Source of the DNA: a virus
Taxonomy: Duplodnaviria; Caudoviricetes
Length of the DNA stretch: 39,079 bases
Reading direction: 5' to 3' (one strand)
Virus record (IMG/VR): IMGVR_UViG_3300024254_000255
Span: 1 to 39,079 of that record
The notes under the pieces are model-generated. The model was given only the letters and a program-made list of their open reading frames with translations, was not told the DNA's origin and searched no databases. A program made the translations under genes and the position numbers. Positions 35,676 through 39,079 of the stretch are shown in pieces. Within the stretch, counting starts at the first letter, position 1, and each line of letters begins with the position of its first letter.

Positions 35676-35823
35676 AAAGGGGCAATCCTTTGCCTAAGTT
35701 GCGTCCTGCAAACCTCATGGATAAAATAACATAGATTAGAGCAAAATCACTATAGATAGTATGAAAATTTATTTAAATCACTATATATAGTATTAATTTA
35801 GATAAGTATTAACTCAATTAAAG

Positions 35824-35938
35824 TTAAAACTTTAAAAATTCATATGGAAGTAAAATATTATCTAATGCTTTTGCATAAAGCGGCTCCAGCTCCATGGATA
35901 CCCATAAGATTACTGCCGAATACAAATATATCAATCAT
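35824..35938 (-). pseudogene. Internally deleted relic of the IFVFGSNL-G-HG-GAA phage protein family (A1S_2505-like)
   Basis: MIDIFVFGSNLMGIHGAGAAL then stop at 35858; the shifted frame continues YAKALDNILLPYEFLKF. Confidence 0.6.
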
Positions 35939-36005
35939 TTATTTGCCTTAATAGTAAAATAGATACCAATTCTGTACCTGTCATGTACTATTTATGATGA
36001 TTTGA

Positions 36006-36081
36006 TGGCTCCCGAGGACAGATTCGAACTGCCGACAAAATGGTTAACAGCCATGCGCTCTACCAGCTGAGCTACTCGGGA
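36006..36081 (-). tRNA. tRNA-Asn(GTT)
   Basis: 76-nt cloverleaf: TCCCGAG acceptor, AGCTCAGCTGGTAGAGC D arm, CTGTTAA loop, GTTCGAATC T loop, encoded CCA. Confidence 0.95.
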
Positions 36082-36257
36082 TTAGATGATTTTGATTCCA
36101 ATTTTATATTGCTTTCCATTAATTTAGAAATAATAAAAAAAAGTTTATCCATAATTTCATTATCTGTTTTGAATAGTGTAAGTAATTTCCAAAGAGTAAA
36201 TACATTTGTTATTACTGAAATAGATAATAATAGTTGAAGAATCTGTGTAATTATCAT
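36072..36257 (-). CDS. Small N-terminal TM protein
   Basis: ATGA overlap with tnpB; hydrophobic N-terminus; stop lies inside the tRNA. Confidence 0.5.
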   Translation of the reverse strand: MIITQILQLLLSISVITNVFTLWKLLTLFKTDNEIMDKLFFIISKLMESNIKLESKSSNPE

Positions 36258-36604
36258 GCATGATGCTCCAGGACTCTCTGTTTAGTTTCCATAGGTATTG
36301 GCGAAAATCCAGATAATAATACTTCTAACTCATCAGCTGTTATAGATTCTATGGATTTCATCATTTCTTTAATTTTGAATTTACATTTATCAAGTCTTTT
36401 ATAATATAAAACAAATCCGTTTCTATCCCAAAATAAACATTTAATTTTATCTCTGTTTCCATTATAGAATACATATATACTGCCATCATGAAGGTGTGAT
36501 TTTTTTTCATGTTGAATAAAATTTGAAAGACCATCTATAGACATCCTGAAATCTACAGGTTTTGATGCAATAAATATTTTTTTATTTTCATAAGGTATAA
36601 GCAT
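36254..36604 (-). CDS. tnpB: IS66 family accessory protein TnpB (Orf2)
   Basis: PVDFRMSIDGL, IYVFYN--RDKIKCLFWD-NGFVLYYKRLD, EL--LL-G. Confidence 0.92.
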   Translation of the reverse strand: MLIPYENKKIFIASKPVDFRMSIDGLSNFIQHEKKSHLHDGSIYVFYNGNRDKIKCLFWDRNGFVLYYKRLDKCKFKIKEMMKSIESITADELEVLLSGFSPIPMETKQRVLEHHA

Positions 36605-37248
36605 TATAAATCCTTTAATAATTCTATAATTTTAATAATTTTTAATGGTTCTATGTTAGGAGCAATAGATACTTTTACGCCCTTAGCAATATTAATTTCT
36701 ATATCATTCTTTGATTCTATAATTTCTGGTGATTCAGGAGAAAAACCATTTGAGTTTAATGGAAATCCTAATAATCGATTTTTATTAATTTTTTTAGAAT
36801 TTAATTCATTTGTTTTATTCTTAACTTGATGAAAATTCATATTCGACTTTTCATCTAGAATTGATACTGAATTTTTTTTAATTGTTTCCATATCTATTTC
36901 TGGTGGATTTAATTTCAAGTCTTCAATTATAGATATATAACGAATATGAGTTAAAGCTGCTGAAAGTTGAGTATGAGTAAGTCCATATTTTTTTGCATTT
37001 TGTCTTGAAGCGGGTAATCTTTCTTCATAAAGTTTTTTAGCGATAGGAATTACTTTTTCATATAGGGTAGGATTAGAAAATTTACAATAATTAATTCTAT
37101 AAATTCTGGAATTAAATGTTGCATAATTGAGTTTATTTAATTCACAATATTGAGGTTTATTAAGTTTGGATTTAATTGCGCCTTCAATGTGACCATACCA
37201 GAACCAAATATCTTTTATATCAAATATACCCGTATTTCTATTATTCAT
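36604..37248 (-). CDS. tnpA: IS66 TnpA-like protein, apparently with a duplicated HTH
   Basis: W--HI-----S-L----YC----L-YATF HTH, second HTH-like segment, C-terminal IEINI--GVKVSI module; TAATG coupling to tnpB. Confidence 0.65.
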   Translation of the reverse strand: MNNRNTGIFDIKDIWFWYGHIEGAIKSKLNKPQYCELNKLNYATFNSRIYRINYCKFSNPTLYEKVIPIAKKLYEERLPASRQNAKKYGLTHTQLSAALTHIRYISIIEDLKLNPPEIDMETIKKNSVSILDEKSNMNFHQVKNKTNELNSKKINKNRLLGFPLNSNGFSPESPEIIESKNDIEINIAKGVKVSIAPNIEPLKIIKIIELLKDL

Positions 37249-37251
37249 TTT

Positions 37252-37446
37252 CTATCTAATACTCCTTAAAAATATCTCACCTTGAGATATTAAATCACCA
37301 AGGGTAGATGAAAATAAATCTGTAGAATTATCTACAGTTGTCATTTTTCCGAAAAATTTATCACCTTCTTTATTGCTCCAAAGATTTACCATAACCCTTG
37401 GATATTTAGTCGTCCAATAATCCTGAATCTCTTCTAAGTCCGTCAT
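37252..37446 (-). CDS. Hypothetical protein, 64 aa
   Basis: GAGG RBS; first gene of the tnpA-tnpB run. Confidence 0.65.
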   Translation of the reverse strand: MTDLEEIQDYWTTKYPRVMVNLWSNKEGDKFFGKMTTVDNSTDLFSSTLGDLISQGEIFLRSIR

Positions 37447-37689
37447 CCTTGGCCTCTCTTATTTTATTAATTCAGTTTTAAATGCTTCACAGATTATAAT
37501 ATAACTAAAATCATATTTCTCAAGAAATGTATTAAACTACAGTTTATTATAAAAGACAATAGTATGTAGAAGAGCTCACTCAAAGAGAATGGTCAACTCC
37601 TTCTGCCATTGGTAGATGAGATGGATTGACTTCGAGAGGGTCATCTTTGATGATCATATGCGCAAGACGCTGCCGAAGCCATTTGTAAT

Positions 37690-38460
37690 TTAAGAGATAT
37701 CTATTTTTTTAGCAAGTTCAATCACGTCATCATTCATCTGCTTTGAATAATTCATATTTGCACATTCTAATGTATGAAAATTTTCATTATCATACCATTT
37801 CAAAGAATAAATATATCCTGACATTTCATTACCTTCAGGTGATAGAAGAACTGTTGCTTTATTATTAATTGTATAACTTACATCTTCTTGAGCTAACTCT
37901 GTTGCAGTATTAGAAACACTTACATTCATTATGTCATAGGAGCAAGTGCCTATATTATTTACAGTAAAAAATTGAGAGGCACCAGACCAACCGCCTTTTT
38001 CTTCATGAAATCCACCCATAGGTGTCGCCGCAAGCATATGCATGCCATTAGAACTCATTAGTGATTTAGAGAGATTAGGAAATTTAAATGCTAATTTTAA
38101 ATTAGATATACTAGGACTTAATCCTGTGCTTCTTTCGTGACTCATATCTTCTTTTATAAAATTGCTATTGGCAAATGTTTCATCTATTTTCAATAATTCC
38201 TTTGGTCTCATAGTGAATTTCTCTATAAAACCTTTTTCAGCATATTCTTTTTCTTCTTTTTGACCTTGAATTATTATGTCTTCAGGAAGATTCATTAATG
38301 CACGAGGCACTAATTTAATACCAGAACCTGGAAGCGGTAATCCCAATTCAGCTAGAATTTTCATATTTGCTTTTTCTTGATCTGCTTTAGACTCAGCACT
38401 TTGTGCATTTCCATTTAAACTTATTGCCATTAAAGCAGCACTTATTAATATATTTTTCAT
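37690..38460 (-). CDS. Secreted protein, 256 aa
   Basis: Sec signal MKNILISAALMAISLNGNA; two Cys; AGGAG RBS. Confidence 0.8.
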   Translation of the reverse strand: MKNILISAALMAISLNGNAQSAESKADQEKANMKILAELGLPLPGSGIKLVPRALMNLPEDIIIQGQKEEKEYAEKGFIEKFTMRPKELLKIDETFANSNFIKEDMSHERSTGLSPSISNLKLAFKFPNLSKSLMSSNGMHMLAATPMGGFHEEKGGWSGASQFFTVNNIGTCSYDIMNVSVSNTATELAQEDVSYTINNKATVLLSPEGNEMSGYIYSLKWYDNENFHTLECANMNYSKQMNDDVIELAKKIDIS

Positions 38461-38471
38461 TATTTTATCTC

Positions 38472-38834
38472 CTAAACCCAGCCGTCAATAATTTCACACC
38501 CTGTTGCATAAGTAGAATCAAATGGTGTTTTGTCATGATAACCTTGCAAATAATGATATCCCCAAACTTCAAAAAAATTAGCCATTCCTTCACCCCAATG
38601 AATTGCAGCTTGCCTATCATTATATTTATATCCAGTATCAATACTGTGCATTAGTGACCCATACTTATGTATGCTAACCACTCTCCAATTGTATGGATGG
38701 TTATTCCACCATGTTATAGATTCATTGTTTATGCAATTGGCTCTGCTATGGACTGTGGTTTTGAATAATCCAGCATGTGAACTTGATATTATTAAGAGCA
38801 AAGCTCCGCCTGCAATTGTTGATTTAAAACTCAT
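38472..38834 (-). CDS. Secreted protein, 120 aa
   Basis: Sec signal ending SSHA; HSRANCINNESITW, AAIHWGEG, GCEIIDGW; AGGAG RBS. Confidence 0.8.
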   Translation of the reverse strand: MSFKSTIAGGALLLIISSSHAGLFKTTVHSRANCINNESITWWNNHPYNWRVVSIHKYGSLMHSIDTGYKYNDRQAAIHWGEGMANFFEVWGYHYLQGYHDKTPFDSTYATGCEIIDGWV

Positions 38835-38948
38835 GTATATACAACTCCTAATTACGTGGCAACTCCTTGTAAATTATTATTTCCTTATAATGCCAGGTAC
38901 TGCAATTTCATCACGCCTGGCGCGTGATCTCATGACGCTCTAGCAGCT

Positions 38949-39079
38949 TAGCTTATGATGCGCCTATTTGGGATGTAACGCATCAATATTACCCCTTTCG
39001 CACACCATGGGGTCGGTGGTTCAAATCCTCAAAGACAAGGCTGAGAGGTATGCCTCTGTTACAGGCGCAACAGAATTTA
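38949..39079. repeat. Terminal direct repeat, copy 2
   Basis: Matches 1-131 with one mismatch. Confidence 0.95.

Noticed and set aside
36254-36604. TnpB as an RNA-guided IS200/IS605 nuclease, or an intact IS66
   Set aside because: 116-aa IS66 Orf2 with no RuvC motifs; tnpC and terminal repeats are absent
38929-38952. GCT CTA GCA GCT TAG (ALAA-stop) as a tmRNA tag, with a nearby pseudoknot and T loop
   Set aside because: In-frame TGA seven codons before the stop, no GGGGC 5' end or CCA acceptor, and the good pseudoknot geometry is on the opposite strand

Overview
The window is an essentially complete, circularly permuted ~38.95 kb genome of a P22-like podovirus; positions 1-131 are repeated at 38949-39079. 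The minus strand carries TerL, portal, five small ORFs (four strongly basic), scaffold, P22-type coat, a multi-zinc-finger/HNH-like insert, head-tail proteins, three ejection proteins, a cluster of paralogous fibre genes and a DUF1353 + GH108 endolysin + RusA cassette. It also encodes YqaJ/RecT-like/SSB recombination, a replication initiator + DnaB, a second initiator-like HTH protein, a serine resolvase with a res-like site, an Ocr-like DNA mimic behind a strong promoter, tRNA-Asn, an orphan IS66 tnpA/tnpB pair and two secreted proteins. I recognise no integrase, CI-type repressor or ParA. The most striking unannotated signal is that the ribosome-binding sites of most virion and packaging genes lie in the loops of short hairpins (mostly AAGGAN hexaloops), the geometry bound by CsrA/RsmA. 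This suggests virion synthesis is gated by the host Csr/Rsm switch. A Legionellales-like gammaproteobacterial host is an unverified inference from remembered protein resemblance and AT richness. All protein calls are from motif recognition by eye; no database searches were run.
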